NCBI GenBank assembly: GCA_035713565.1
Contig: DASSZI010000045.1
Span: 1 to 56,623 of the forward strand
Direction: 5' to 3'
Origin: Acidobacteriaceae bacterium
GTDB lineage: Bacteria > Acidobacteriota > Terriglobia > Terriglobales > Acidobacteriaceae
DNA: 56,623 bases
Below the pieces are notes generated by a model. That model was given only the letters and a program-made list of their open reading frames with translations, did not search any database and had not been told where the DNA came from. Position numbers and translations under genes: made by a program. Below are positions 39,329 to 49,262 of the stretch, piece after piece. Position 1 is the first letter of the stretch. Every line of letters begins with the position of its first letter.

Positions 39329-41431
39329 CTAAAAATAGCGTGCAAAGGCGGTCTCACAAGCTATTCGGATGCGGTCTTTCGATGGCGCTACCTCAGCACT
39401 GACTCCCATATTCTGGCGGGGCACATTCAAAGTGACGACAGAGATGCGCCCATCGTCGTAAACAGATTTGTAATCTGTTCTGAGCGCATGGAGTTGCGAA
39501 TCGGCGAGCACGGAAAGCTGCATGAGTTCATCCAATTCGTTTGAGAAACGGTCGGGAGTTTCCAGGCTTTGGCAACTCTTAGCATCATTCCAGGCAGTAA
39601 ACGCGTTGTCATAGATTACATATTGGACCGAAGACTTCTTTAAGTAGCTTGCCAGTTCTTCCGTAGAGCCGGTATAGGGCCAGCCAGGACTCGGACTTGC
39701 CGCACCCGGCCAATCCATCACAAAAATGCTATGCGCTTTGTAATTGAATAAAAATGGGTAAGCGACATTTTCCAGAAGTAAGCCGTTATTTGGCAGCGAG
39801 CGTTGAACTCTTCGATACTCATCCAGAATGGAGGCGCTTTCGAGTGGCTGATCTGCAAGGCCCGCGCGCAGCGCATGCGCATATTCCTGCCGCTCCAAGC
39901 TGAACTGGCGAAACGGATGCGGGTTAGTTCCAGAAACGTCATAGTAGAAAACCATCGATACCAGTGCCACAAGTCCGGTGAAGTAGATGATTCGTGAGAT
40001 GGCGGAATGTGGAAAGAGATTCAGGGTTGCTGCAGCAGCCGCGTAGAAGGTCACGACAGAGCAAAGAAACTGAGGAAAGTTATATCTCCAAATATAGTCA
40101 CCTCCACTCTCATAATTAAAGGCAGTGATTGCCAGCGCGCATGCAATCAGTATGCAACTCGCTAGACGCGACCGCTTGCTGCCATGGCCCGCGAGCAGCA
40201 TCAGTCCGGCCATTACGGCGAGAGCAAAGCCTTGAGAGAAAAGCTTGATCAGTTGGCGTGTTCCGGTGAAGTGGTGCAATGTCTGGACGTGGATATAGCT
40301 GGAATAATCCAGACCATGGCCAAGAACTGGAAACAGGTAAGTCCCGCTGTACAGCTTCATAGCTATCATCCAGCTTAGAAGGACGGCAAGAGCACCACCT
40401 GTTACGGATGCCGCACGAGTCAGCGCGCGCTTCCATTCACGTACGAAAGCTGAAAGAATACACGGAATGATAGCAATCGCACACGCAACAGGAAGATACG
40501 TCGATTTTACGGAAACAGTGGCTCCTCCGAGCGCGCCGAGTAAAAGAGCGAAATTCCAGGTGGAGGAGGTGTTTACGGCTTCAATCTCCAGCAATATCCA
40601 AACCATGCTCAGTAGCAGCGCGATCGGGAGGACGATGAAGGTGAGATTGAATGTCTCTTGCGGAACAAGAGAGACCAGGACCTCCATGACCGCGACTTGA
40701 TAAGGAAGGAGTCCGAACGCCACCCCTAAGTCCAGTAACGAAGGAATCAGGAGGAGCAGTCCTAAGGTGCGATCTGCCATTTCGATGTGGGCCAGCGAAG
40801 TTCCGCTAATGACGAAGGACTGAAGGAAGTATGCTCCGCCGAGGCTAGACAGCAAGCGGCGATCGCTGAAGGGATCGAACGCGAATTGGTGCAAGGCGAG
40901 CATTTTTCCAGGAAAGACCAAATATGCTGAACTGTCGTCGGTTATGTTGAAGCTAGCCAACTGCACCGTACCCGCAACACGAGCCACAAGAATTACCAGC
41001 CCCAGGAGAATCAGAATACGAGATACAGGGGAGGAGCACTGCCAAAGCTTGCCCCAGCAATAATCTTCCGGCGTTTCCTTGAGAAGGAGCGCATAGGCAA
41101 ATGCACCAACCCCTCCGAGAGTCAGCAACGTAGCCGGATAGATAGCGTGAATCAAATTTAAGAAACCGCCGAGCGAGATCATTGTCGCAATCCCGAGCGA
41201 GCATGCAACGGAGACGGGAATCCATTGCAGCCTTGCAAGCTTCGCCAGCAACCTTCCCCATCCTGTAAATGAGACGAGAAGCAGAAATGCCCACGCCAGC
41301 GCATGGAAGTAACTGCCGATCGAGCGAACCGTGATAGGGTGCAGCCCTCCTGTGACGGACGGAAAAGCCGGGATATGTTGGTGAATCGAAGTTATAGAAG
41401 GCGGAGTAGCGTGGTGCAACGGTGGGAGCAT
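39329..41431 (-). CDS. Uncharacterised ~700-aa polytopic membrane protein, paralog A (GT-C-like)
   Basis: The ATG at 41431 has GAGGG 6 nt upstream. It shares long motif blocks with the adjacent gene: PSVTG, VACSLGIA, DD..AYL.FP.KML..HQFA.DPFSDRR, LVPQETFNLTF, NYESG.DYIWRYNFPQF and DWPGAA.P.PGWP. Confidence 0.8.
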   Translation of the reverse strand: MLPPLHHATPPSITSIHQHIPAFPSVTGGLHPITVRSIGSYFHALAWAFLLLVSFTGWGRLLAKLARLQWIPVSVACSLGIATMISLGGFLNLIHAIYPATLLTLGGVGAFAYALLLKETPEDYCWGKLWQCSSPVSRILILLGLVILVARVAGTVQLASFNITDDSSAYLVFPGKMLALHQFAFDPFSDRRLLSSLGGAYFLQSFVISGTSLAHIEMADRTLGLLLLIPSLLDLGVAFGLLPYQVAVMEVLVSLVPQETFNLTFIVLPIALLLSMVWILLEIEAVNTSSTWNFALLLGALGGATVSVKSTYLPVACAIAIIPCILSAFVREWKRALTRAASVTGGALAVLLSWMIAMKLYSGTYLFPVLGHGLDYSSYIHVQTLHHFTGTRQLIKLFSQGFALAVMAGLMLLAGHGSKRSRLASCILIACALAITAFNYESGGDYIWRYNFPQFLCSVVTFYAAAAATLNLFPHSAISRIIYFTGLVALVSMVFYYDVSGTNPHPFRQFSLERQEYAHALRAGLADQPLESASILDEYRRVQRSLPNNGLLLENVAYPFLFNYKAHSIFVMDWPGAASPSPGWPYTGSTEELASYLKKSSVQYVIYDNAFTAWNDAKSCQSLETPDRFSNELDELMQLSVLADSQLHALRTDYKSVYDDGRISVVTLNVPRQNMGVSAEVAPSKDRIRIACETAFARYF

Positions 41432-41482
41432 CTGAAACCCTCAATTACAAAATGAGTATCCAGGCCTAATTTTCCTTTGGTG

Positions 41483-43621
41483 CTATTTGCAAATTGCGCT
41501 GGCTGAATAGGGGTACGACGCGTGCGTGCTGGTGTAACGTTGCGCAATTACAGAGCACATTTGGGTGTCGCTCGTGTATAGAGTCCAGGCAGTATTGTCA
41601 TTGTTGTCGTGTCCCGCAGGGGTTTCGAGATCGATAACAGAAATTCGCCCATCGTCGTAGAGGGAATGATGCATGGATTGAAGCTGTCTGAACTGATGAT
41701 GCGCCACGAAGGTGAGTCGTTCGAGGGCGTGATCGAGTTGTGAATAGTGGGTTTGATTGACAAGCGACTGGCAGGAAATCATGTCCATCCAGTCTGCGTA
41801 GGCATGATCGAACACGATGTAGCGCACAGAGTTGCCGCGCAGGTAACGGGCAACATCTTCTGGATTGTTCGTGAAAGGCCAGCCCGGGGGAGGGCCGGCC
41901 GCGCCGGGCCAGTCATCAATGAAAACGGTTCTACCTTTGCGGGAGGTGGCAAGCAGGAACGTTCTTGAAGTGTTATCCAGAGCGACGGAATTCGGCAGAA
42001 ATGCGTGTTCGATTTCGTCATATCTGGCCCGTAGCTCCGGACTTGTCAGCCTTGTTCCAGAAAGGCTGGCCCGCAGATCGCAGGGATATTGAGCTAGCTG
42101 TTTTGCCATTTGACTGAAAGGTGCTAATGCGCCCCCACCGACATCGTAATAGAAAATACAAAGCGTAAATGCGGCGACAGCGACGCTGCGGTTCAGAATG
42201 CCAAAATGGCTCAGCGACACACCCTTAGCCCCCAGGGATGCGGCCGAAAAAATAATTAAAGCTGTAAAGAATTGCGGGAAGTTGTATCTCCAGATGTAGT
42301 CTGCACCGCTCTCATAATTGAGAGCGGTGATGGCAACGGCGGAGGCAATCAGGACATTGAAGGTGAGACCGGACTCAACATCCCGGATACCAGCTAAATA
42401 GCGGACAGCAGCAAGCACCAAAAGAGCCGCCCCTTGCAGGAATGTGCGTATCAGGGCTTGCTTGCCAGCAAACCGTGAAAGGTGCGGAAGGGAATGATAG
42501 CTTGAGTAATCAGTGCCGTGCCCGAGCAGCGGAAACAGGAAGGTTCCGCTCGTCTGCTTCATCGCCAGCATCCAGGCCGCAAGTACTACAAGAGAAGCCG
42601 CGCCTGCAATCATGGGCAATTTCATCGATTGTGCTCTGTTTCGGTTCCAGAGGAACAGAAGATAGGGAAATAAGGCAAGCGATCCCACATAGGGCAGGAA
42701 AGTGGATTTCAAACAGATTGCTCCGCCGCCGATCGCGCCCGCAATCGCAGCAAATCGCCAGTTCTCTGTCTCGGCAGCTTTGAGCGTCTTATAGACTGCC
42801 CATATCATAGCGAGGAGTATAGGGATTGGCAGAACCGTAAAGGTAAGATTGAAGGTTTCCTGTGGGACCAAATAAGCGATCAAAGCCATGAAAGCAATCC
42901 TTCCCACAGAAGAGCTAAACGCAATTCCAATGTCGAAGATCGCGAAGAACATGATTATCAATCCCAGACTGCGGTCCGCCATGCCCACGTTCGCAAGAGA
43001 AGTTGCCGCGACTACAAAAGCTTGAAGTAGATAGGATCCTCCTAAACTAGAGATAACTCGTCTGTCGCTGAACGGGTCTGCAGCAAATTGATGAGCGTTA
43101 AGCATCTTTTGCGGGAAGGCAAGATATGCCGTTCCATCGTCGTAGTTGTGGTACGTCGCTAATCTTACGGTCGCAGCTACACGCAGCACGAGGAGCAGGA
43201 AGGTGAGTACGATGAGGGCACGGGAGGAGCGTGATGCCACGTTCCAGAAGTTGAGCCAATTGTAGGCATCGGAGCTTTCCTTGCGCATCAGGAAGTACAG
43301 CAAAACTCCTGTCAGAGCCAATGCGATGAGTATAGAAGGGTATACCGCATGGAACAGGTTCAGCCATCCTCCGGTAAAAAGGATGACAGCTATGCCGAGA
43401 GAGCACGCAACAGAGGATGGTAAACCTCGCACGCGGAGTACCTTGCTCAGGAGCTTTCCCCAGCCTATGAAACTAATCAGCAGAAGGCATGCCCAGATCA
43501 GGGCAAATGCAAATTCGCCTAATGACCTGATGCTGATGGGCTGTGTGGGGCCGGTGACGGAGGGATAAGGCGCGACGCGGAAATCGTTGAGTGTCTGAGT
43601 CAGCGAAGCGGGAAAGGGCAT
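41483..43621 (-). CDS. Uncharacterised ~710-aa polytopic membrane protein, paralog B (GT-C-like)
   Basis: It has the same architecture and motif blocks as 39329-41431. The two genes sit in tandem on the same strand with a 51-nt gap. Confidence 0.8.
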   Translation of the reverse strand: MPFPASLTQTLNDFRVAPYPSVTGPTQPISIRSLGEFAFALIWACLLLISFIGWGKLLSKVLRVRGLPSSVACSLGIAVILFTGGWLNLFHAVYPSILIALALTGVLLYFLMRKESSDAYNWLNFWNVASRSSRALIVLTFLLLVLRVAATVRLATYHNYDDGTAYLAFPQKMLNAHQFAADPFSDRRVISSLGGSYLLQAFVVAATSLANVGMADRSLGLIIMFFAIFDIGIAFSSSVGRIAFMALIAYLVPQETFNLTFTVLPIPILLAMIWAVYKTLKAAETENWRFAAIAGAIGGGAICLKSTFLPYVGSLALFPYLLFLWNRNRAQSMKLPMIAGAASLVVLAAWMLAMKQTSGTFLFPLLGHGTDYSSYHSLPHLSRFAGKQALIRTFLQGAALLVLAAVRYLAGIRDVESGLTFNVLIASAVAITALNYESGADYIWRYNFPQFFTALIIFSAASLGAKGVSLSHFGILNRSVAVAAFTLCIFYYDVGGGALAPFSQMAKQLAQYPCDLRASLSGTRLTSPELRARYDEIEHAFLPNSVALDNTSRTFLLATSRKGRTVFIDDWPGAAGPPPGWPFTNNPEDVARYLRGNSVRYIVFDHAYADWMDMISCQSLVNQTHYSQLDHALERLTFVAHHQFRQLQSMHHSLYDDGRISVIDLETPAGHDNNDNTAWTLYTSDTQMCSVIAQRYTSTHASYPYSASAICK

Positions 43622-43666
43622 TCAGAGCCTCTTGTGGTAGCCATCCGTTCGTGCCGAAGTGGGGCT

Positions 43667-45241
43667 TCAGTGGCGAAAATGTCTAATTCCGGTGAACGCC
43701 ATTGCTGCGTTCAGTCGATCCGCGGCGGCAATCACCTCGGCGTCCCGCACCGATCCCCCCGGCTGGATCACAGCCGTTGCACCGGCGGCGACTGCAGTTT
43801 CCAAGCCGTCCGGGAAGGGGAAAAAGGCGTCCGAAGCGGCCACACATCCGGATAGCGGCAGCACGGCCTTCATCGCGCCAAATTTTGCCGCATCCACGCG
43901 GCTCATCTGGCCTGCACCGATGCCCAGAGTCTGGCCGTTGCGCGCGTATACGATGGCATTGGATTTCACGTGTTTGCAGACACGCCAGGCAAACAGCATG
44001 GCTTCAATTTCGTCCTGCGTAGGCTTCCGCCTGCTCACGATCTGCAACTCGTCTGCCCGGATACGCGCGTCGTCTGTACCTTGCAACAACAATCCGCCGG
44101 ATATCTGTTTCATTGTGGTTCCCGATTTACCCGATCGAACCTCCACGAGCCGAAGATTCTTCTTTGCCCCGAGTATGTCTTTGGCCGCCGAGCTAAAGCT
44201 GGGAGCCACAATAGCCTCAACGAAGAGCTTGGAGATCTCGGCAGCCGCCTGCCCGTCAACTTCCCGGTTGATGCCGATGACCGCTCCAAATGCAGAAACA
44301 GGATCTGTGGCCAGCGCTTTTTGGTACGCCTGGAGGATAGATCCAGCGGTAGCGACTCCGCACGGGTTGGTGTGCTTGATGATCGCGACGGCAGGATCAC
44401 TGAATTCTTGGACGAGATCCCAGCAGGCGTCCAGATCGACGAGGTTATTGTAGCTAAGCTCTTTTCCCTGCAATTGGCGCAGGCCAGCGATTCCGGTCTG
44501 AGTGCCGTCAGAATACAGCGCAGCCCGTTGATGCGGGTTCTCTCCGTATCGCAGCGGCATTACTAAGGGGTAGGCAAGCCGCAATGTGGAGGGGAAAGTC
44601 TGGAAATCCGAGGTGATGGGCGGCCGCTGTGGATCCTCCGCATAAAGGGTAGGAATCGCTTCCAGGGCATTGGCAATGCCAATATCATAGGCCGCTGTCA
44701 ACGCGAAGGCCTTCTGCGCCAGCCGCCAGCGAGTCGCCCGGCTAAGCTTGCCTTGGTGTGCGGCCAACTCCTCGATGAGAGTTGAGTAGTCCGCCGGGGA
44801 CGTAACAACAGCAACATCCTCAAAATTTTTGGCTGCAGATCGCACCATCGACGGGCCGCCAATGTCGATATTTTCAATGAGTTCGGAAAATCTTATGCCA
44901 GGCTTGCGCAGCGTGGCCTCAAATGCGTAAAGGTTCACCACGACCATATCGATGGACTGAATATCATGGGCGGCAATGGCCTTCTGGTGTTCTGGATTGT
45001 CGCGAATGTGCAAAATCCCTCCATGCACCCGAGGATGCAGCGTTTTCACGCGGCCGTCCAGCATTTCGGGAAATCCTGTGAGCTCGGCTATTTCGACCAC
45101 CGGAAGTTGAGCTTCGCGCAAAGCGCTCGCCGTTCCACCGGTCGAGACAAGCTCGGCTCCATAGCTATGGAGCGCGCGCGCCAAGTCAACGATCCCGGAT
45201 TTGTCTGTGACGCTTAACAGTGCACGTTGAATTTGCTTCAT
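43667..45241 (-). CDS. purH: Bifunctional AICAR formyltransferase / IMP cyclohydrolase
   Basis: MKQIQRALLSVTDKSGIVDLARAL...LVSTGGTA...VKTLHPRVHGGIL...VVVNLYAF...IIKHTNPCGVA...IQPGGSVRD...MAFTGIRHFRH matches PurH. Confidence 0.97.
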   Translation of the reverse strand: MKQIQRALLSVTDKSGIVDLARALHSYGAELVSTGGTASALREAQLPVVEIAELTGFPEMLDGRVKTLHPRVHGGILHIRDNPEHQKAIAAHDIQSIDMVVVNLYAFEATLRKPGIRFSELIENIDIGGPSMVRSAAKNFEDVAVVTSPADYSTLIEELAAHQGKLSRATRWRLAQKAFALTAAYDIGIANALEAIPTLYAEDPQRPPITSDFQTFPSTLRLAYPLVMPLRYGENPHQRAALYSDGTQTGIAGLRQLQGKELSYNNLVDLDACWDLVQEFSDPAVAIIKHTNPCGVATAGSILQAYQKALATDPVSAFGAVIGINREVDGQAAAEISKLFVEAIVAPSFSSAAKDILGAKKNLRLVEVRSGKSGTTMKQISGGLLLQGTDDARIRADELQIVSRRKPTQDEIEAMLFAWRVCKHVKSNAIVYARNGQTLGIGAGQMSRVDAAKFGAMKAVLPLSGCVAASDAFFPFPDGLETAVAAGATAVIQPGGSVRDAEVIAAADRLNAAMAFTGIRHFRH

Positions 45242-45339
45242 ATTTACACGCTCTTGGATCGAATGACGTCGAACGGAAATTCAAGTCTAATGCATTCGGA
45301 TTCTGACCAGTTCGCCAGCAAGAATGAAGTTTGTATTCC

Positions 45340-46266
45340 ATGGCGCAGCCCGGTAGGCTGGTGATAAGTCTGACCCGACGACGAGGGGAGTTCGATCTGA
45401 TCAGTCGCGACGAACAAAGCAGGGCAGCCGCAGAGATTCTGCCACCTGCGCCGGCAAATCTGGAATCGGCAGGGATGCAGCAGCCGAACTATGACCTGCA
45501 ATCAGGTTATTACACCGGAGCACCGGCTCGCTCCAAGACAGCAGAGCGGATTTTAGCGGGCTGGGCATACGCGCCAGCCACATACGTGCTAATTGGCATC
45601 AATATTGCCGTTTACCTGCTGATGAGCCTGCGGGGCGTTTCCTGGTGGGATCCAACGGCGGAGCAGATCCTTCATTGGGGAGCGAATCGCGGCGCCAATG
45701 AGATTCTGTATAGCCAGTGGTGGCGGTTGCTGACCGCAACCTTTGTGCATGTCGGAATCATCCACATCGGAACGAACATGTGGTGTCTATGGAACCTGGG
45801 ATTGCTTGGTGAACCATTGCTAGGTGCGGCCGGGATGTTCGCCGTCTACGTGCTGACCGGAAGTGCGGGGAACCTGTTGAGTTCTGGCGTAAATCCCGGT
45901 GTTGTCGGCGCCGGCGCATCGGGTGCCGTCTTCGGAATTGCTGGGATTTTAATTCTGCTTTTAAATTCCCCGCATCTGCCGTTTCCTCGCGCAGAACTGA
46001 AGCGGCTTCGCCGCAGCGTTATCTACTTCGCCGCGATCAACCTTGCGATCGGTGCCTCCACCCTAATGTATTCAGGTGGAATCAAGATCGACAACATGGC
46101 GCACCTAGGGGGCTTCCTTTCCGGACTTGCGGCGGGGGTTCCGCTGGCTCCTGTTTTGGGAACTGGACGCGGGCCCTACTTCCGCAGGCAGCGTGTTGTA
46201 TTTGGTTTTTTCGCAGGGCTCCTCGTCCTTTTAGCATACGGAATCGTCCGCTTCTGGAAATCGTAA
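45340..46266 (+). CDS. Rhomboid family intramembrane serine protease
   Basis: WWRLLTATFVHVGIIHIGTNM (the HxxxN motif), GASGAVFG (catalytic Ser) and HLGGFLSG (catalytic His) are all present. The start is uncertain: 45331, 45340 or 45475. Confidence 0.85.
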   Translation: MAQPGRLVISLTRRRGEFDLISRDEQSRAAAEILPPAPANLESAGMQQPNYDLQSGYYTGAPARSKTAERILAGWAYAPATYVLIGINIAVYLLMSLRGVSWWDPTAEQILHWGANRGANEILYSQWWRLLTATFVHVGIIHIGTNMWCLWNLGLLGEPLLGAAGMFAVYVLTGSAGNLLSSGVNPGVVGAGASGAVFGIAGILILLLNSPHLPFPRAELKRLRRSVIYFAAINLAIGASTLMYSGGIKIDNMAHLGGFLSGLAAGVPLAPVLGTGRGPYFRRQRVVFGFFAGLLVLLAYGIVRFWKS

Positions 46267-46296
46267 CCGGCTCCGCGAGTTTTTCCAGAACCTCCG

Positions 46297-46653
46297 TCAA
46301 TTATTGTCAACACCGGCAAACTTTTTAACCATGGCGAGCAGCAGTCTGCGATCACTTTCGTTCAAGTTGGCGGAGTAGCGCCGGATCTGCGTCAAAAAGC
46401 GCAGTTCGTCGTCGCTGAACCGCTGACTCGGCATTTGATAGCTCAACGCATTTTCCGCAAAGAAATGGGCTAAAGGGACATCGAGCGCACCGGCAATTTT
46501 ATACAACGTGTCCAGCGAAGGGACCGTATGCCCATTTTCAACGCGCGAAAGATAACACCTCAAAAGCCCGGTGCGTTTTTCAATATCTCCCTGCGACATA
46601 CCTTTCTGCAAACGCACACCGCGTATGGTGCTGCCGATCTTGATCACTTCCAT
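46297..46653 (-). CDS. XRE-family helix-turn-helix transcriptional regulator
   Basis: IGSTIRGVRLQKGMSQGDIEKRTGLLRCYLSRVENGHTVPSLDTLYKIAGALDV is an XRE-type HTH. GGAG lies 6 nt upstream of the ATG. Confidence 0.88.
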   Translation of the reverse strand: MEVIKIGSTIRGVRLQKGMSQGDIEKRTGLLRCYLSRVENGHTVPSLDTLYKIAGALDVPLAHFFAENALSYQMPSQRFSDDELRFLTQIRRYSANLNESDRRLLLAMVKKFAGVDNN

Positions 46654-46739
46654 GGAGTCTCCGCGCTGAGGTGAAATGGTGCGTGTCCTCTCAACGAATG
46701 TTGCTGAACCATTTCGTTGACAGAACGCGTCTTAAATAT

Positions 46740-46756
46740 TGTTAAGTTAGTTAACA
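46740..46756. promoter_or_regulatory. Inverted repeat TGTTAA-N5-TTAACA upstream of the XRE regulator (candidate operator)
   Basis: A perfect 6-5-6 palindrome lies 87-103 nt upstream of the XRE start codon, in an AT-rich intergenic patch. Confidence 0.3.
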
Positions 46757-46860
46757 TATCTGACGAACAAGGAGCAAGAAATTTCTGGGGAGTGAAACAT
46801 TTTCTTCGGCAGATTGAGAGTGAGCCTTCGATCCAAGGCACCGGGAGGTCCGTCAGAGCG

Positions 46861-47646
46861 TCACTGTTTCAAAGTTTTTGCGAAGAAGGTAAACATGCGT
46901 CTGTCGGCATCCGCAGTATCGGCGGCCCGGTATCCCGCTTTGTTATTAGGATTCTGAAAGGCATGACCGGCATCCGGATATTCCTTGAAATCGACCGGGT
47001 GGCCAAGCTTTTTCATAGCCGAACTAAATGTCTGGACATCCTGCGGTGTGATTCCCCTGTCAAGAGACCCGAAGTTTCCGAGCATCGCGGCCCGGATCTT
47101 TTTAAGCTGCCCGGGGTCGGTCTCGAGAGCACCGTAATTAATGGCGACCGCTCGCAAGGAAGGATCTGCGATGGCAAGCTGCAATGCGAAACCACCGCCC
47201 ATGCACCAGCCCACGGCGCCGATACGGTCGCCTTTGACGAATTTTTGCGATTTCAAATAGGTGACGGCAGAGGTGAGAGATTGAACACCTCGGCTTTGGG
47301 GCAGAGCACGCATGAGCTCGTGCGCCAATTCAGGATCGGTGGCAACCTGCCCCCGGTAAAGATCGACGGCAAGTGTCACATACCCGTGCCCGGAGAACAT
47401 CTGTGCCTGCTGCTTGACCCAGTCATTCAGCCCCCACCATTCGTGGATCACCACGATGGCCGGGAAAGGCCCCTTGCCGGCAGGTTTGTACATTACGGCA
47501 CGGACAGGATGTCCTTCGCTAGGAAAAGTAACGTTTTCAGGCCCGGAAAGCGGCGGGCGCGGTGAAGATTGTGCGCGCAGAGGAAGTACGCTTGCGACCA
47601 GAACGCACAAAGTCGAAAGATTCAACACAAAACGTGAGAGGTGCAT
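46861..47646 (-). CDS. Dienelactone hydrolase family protein, secreted
   Basis: The signal peptide is MHLSRFVLNLSTLCVLVASVLPLRAQ. The body contains PAIVVIHEWWGLNDWVKQQA...IGAVGWCMGGGFAL...YPDAGHAF, which is the DLH alpha/beta-hydrolase pattern. Confidence 0.88.
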   Translation of the reverse strand: MHLSRFVLNLSTLCVLVASVLPLRAQSSPRPPLSGPENVTFPSEGHPVRAVMYKPAGKGPFPAIVVIHEWWGLNDWVKQQAQMFSGHGYVTLAVDLYRGQVATDPELAHELMRALPQSRGVQSLTSAVTYLKSQKFVKGDRIGAVGWCMGGGFALQLAIADPSLRAVAINYGALETDPGQLKKIRAAMLGNFGSLDRGITPQDVQTFSSAMKKLGHPVDFKEYPDAGHAFQNPNNKAGYRAADTADADRRMFTFFAKTLKQ

Positions 47647-47773
47647 AGCCGAGTCCTTCCTTCCGAGAGATTAGCCGATTCGCGATGTCCGGATTTTGAG
47701 GTCACACCAGACGAATGAAGCAATACGCAATCCCTGCGATCCGCCGTCGACGGCCAGCTTTGCTGGAACGGCC

Positions 47774-48520
47774 TCAGCCCATGTACATGCCGCCATTTAC
47801 ATCCAACACGTGGCCGGTGATATACGCAGCCTGTTCCGATGCGAGAAATGCGACAGCGTGCGCTACTTCTTCCGGCGAACCGGCCCGATCAAGTGGAATC
47901 TGCGCTAGCATTGCGCTCCGCTGCTGATCATTCAATATATCTGTCATTGGCGTGGAAATATATCCGGGAGCAACCGCGTTTACTGTTATGTTGCGGGAGG
48001 CCAGTTCGCGCGCCAACGATCTTGTCAATCCGATAAGTCCAGCCTTGCTTGCGGCATAGTTTGCCTGTCCCGCCTGTCCGGTTTGTCCCACAACGCTTGC
48101 AATATTGATGATGCGGCCCCAGCGACCCCTGAGCATGCTGCTTGAGACTGCCTGTGTCAGGAGAAACGCTCCCGTTAAGTTGGTTGCCAGCACGGAATCC
48201 CAGTCCGAAAGTTTCATCCGCAACATCAGATTGTCGCGAGTGATTCCGCCATTGTTTACGAGGATTTCGATCTTGCCGAATTGGGCAAGTACCGCTTTGG
48301 TTGCGGTCTTAATGGATTCTTCGCTGCTCAAGTCCAATTCAAAGGGCGCCGCTTTGCAACCGGACGCTTCAATCTCTGCCGCAAGTTGCTTGAGCCTGGC
48401 TGTATTTCGGGCCGCCAAAACGACCTGCGCGCCTTTTCTGGCAAGTGTCATAGCGCAGGCGTAGCCAATACCCTGCGAGGCACCGGTGACGAGAGCGACG
48501 CGGCCTTCCAGCGAACCCAT
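47774..48520 (-). CDS. fabG: 3-oxoacyl-[acyl-carrier-protein] reductase
   Basis: ALVTGASQGIGYA...LVNNGGI...NIASVVGQTGQAGQANYAASKAGLIGLTRSLARELASRNITVNAVAPGYI...TGHVLDVNGGMYM matches FabG. AGGAG lies 5 nt upstream of the ATG. Confidence 0.9.
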   Translation of the reverse strand: MGSLEGRVALVTGASQGIGYACAMTLARKGAQVVLAARNTARLKQLAAEIEASGCKAAPFELDLSSEESIKTATKAVLAQFGKIEILVNNGGITRDNLMLRMKLSDWDSVLATNLTGAFLLTQAVSSSMLRGRWGRIINIASVVGQTGQAGQANYAASKAGLIGLTRSLARELASRNITVNAVAPGYISTPMTDILNDQQRSAMLAQIPLDRAGSPEEVAHAVAFLASEQAAYITGHVLDVNGGMYMG

Positions 48521-48693
48521 GGTTTGCTCCTGTGGTGAAACTGGGAATCAACACGGATTATAGAGCGCGCCATGGAAAGACGTCTGATTCGGCCATGAAA
48601 AATCGCTCGCACTTGGAAACGTGGACTGGCGATCCTGTGAGAAGCAACCCGGAACAGGCGCTGCCCCGCTGTTGATTGGAACTGCGATCCGCC

Positions 48694-49140
48694 CTACCGG
48701 TTGCGCCGGTGCATGTTTTCGAATTGCTTCTTCTGCGCATCCGTCAGGATCGCTTCCATTTTCCGGCGCGTTTCCTTCCTTAGGGATCGAAGTTGCTTCC
48801 GCCGCTCCTTTGCATTTAAAGATCTATCCTTCCTGAGCTTCATCATCCGCTGCTGCCGGTCTTGCAGAAGGGGCAACATTCGCTGCTGCTGATCCTGCGT
48901 CAGGTTCAGCTTTCGCGCCAGACGTTCGAGCTGTCTCGTTGGGCCTGGCGGATGCGCAACTTTCTCGGCCATCTGGAGCTGCTGGTTTGGGTGAGGAGCC
49001 GCAACGCCGTTCGTGGTCTGCGCCGGAACATCGGACGCCTGTGCCCAAATGTTCGGCAGAGGCGAAAGCGCAATGCCAAGAACGGCCATGCTCGTGGCGA
49101 GGAGATACTTGGAAATAGTCCTGTTTTGGCCAGTTTTCAT
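48694..49140 (-). CDS. Spy/CpxP-family (LTxxQ) periplasmic protein
   Basis: The signal peptide is MKTGQNRTISKYLLATSMAVLGIALSPLPNIWAQ. Two LTxxQ motifs are present (LNLTQDQQQRM and ILTDAQKKQF) in a helical, basic sequence. Confidence 0.7.
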   Translation of the reverse strand: MKTGQNRTISKYLLATSMAVLGIALSPLPNIWAQASDVPAQTTNGVAAPHPNQQLQMAEKVAHPPGPTRQLERLARKLNLTQDQQQRMLPLLQDRQQRMMKLRKDRSLNAKERRKQLRSLRKETRRKMEAILTDAQKKQFENMHRRNR

Positions 49141-49262
49141 CGCTCGATTCCCTTCAGGGACATTGCCACCGGGTATTCCAAATTGGGGGACGAACACCGG
49201 TCTCTGTGTGTAGACGGCGAATTGGACGTGTAAGTTGCGTCCACTATTCCGGCGGCTACGCT

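Noticed and set aside
37600-43650. An impression that the membrane-protein block has lower GC than its surroundings, which would suggest horizontal acquisition.
   Set aside because: Spot counts of single 60-nt lines gave 48-50% GC inside the block. A line within the MFS gene also gave 48%, and a line in ilvD gave 70%. My sampling therefore cannot support a compositional boundary; a sliding-window GC and codon-usage calculation is needed.
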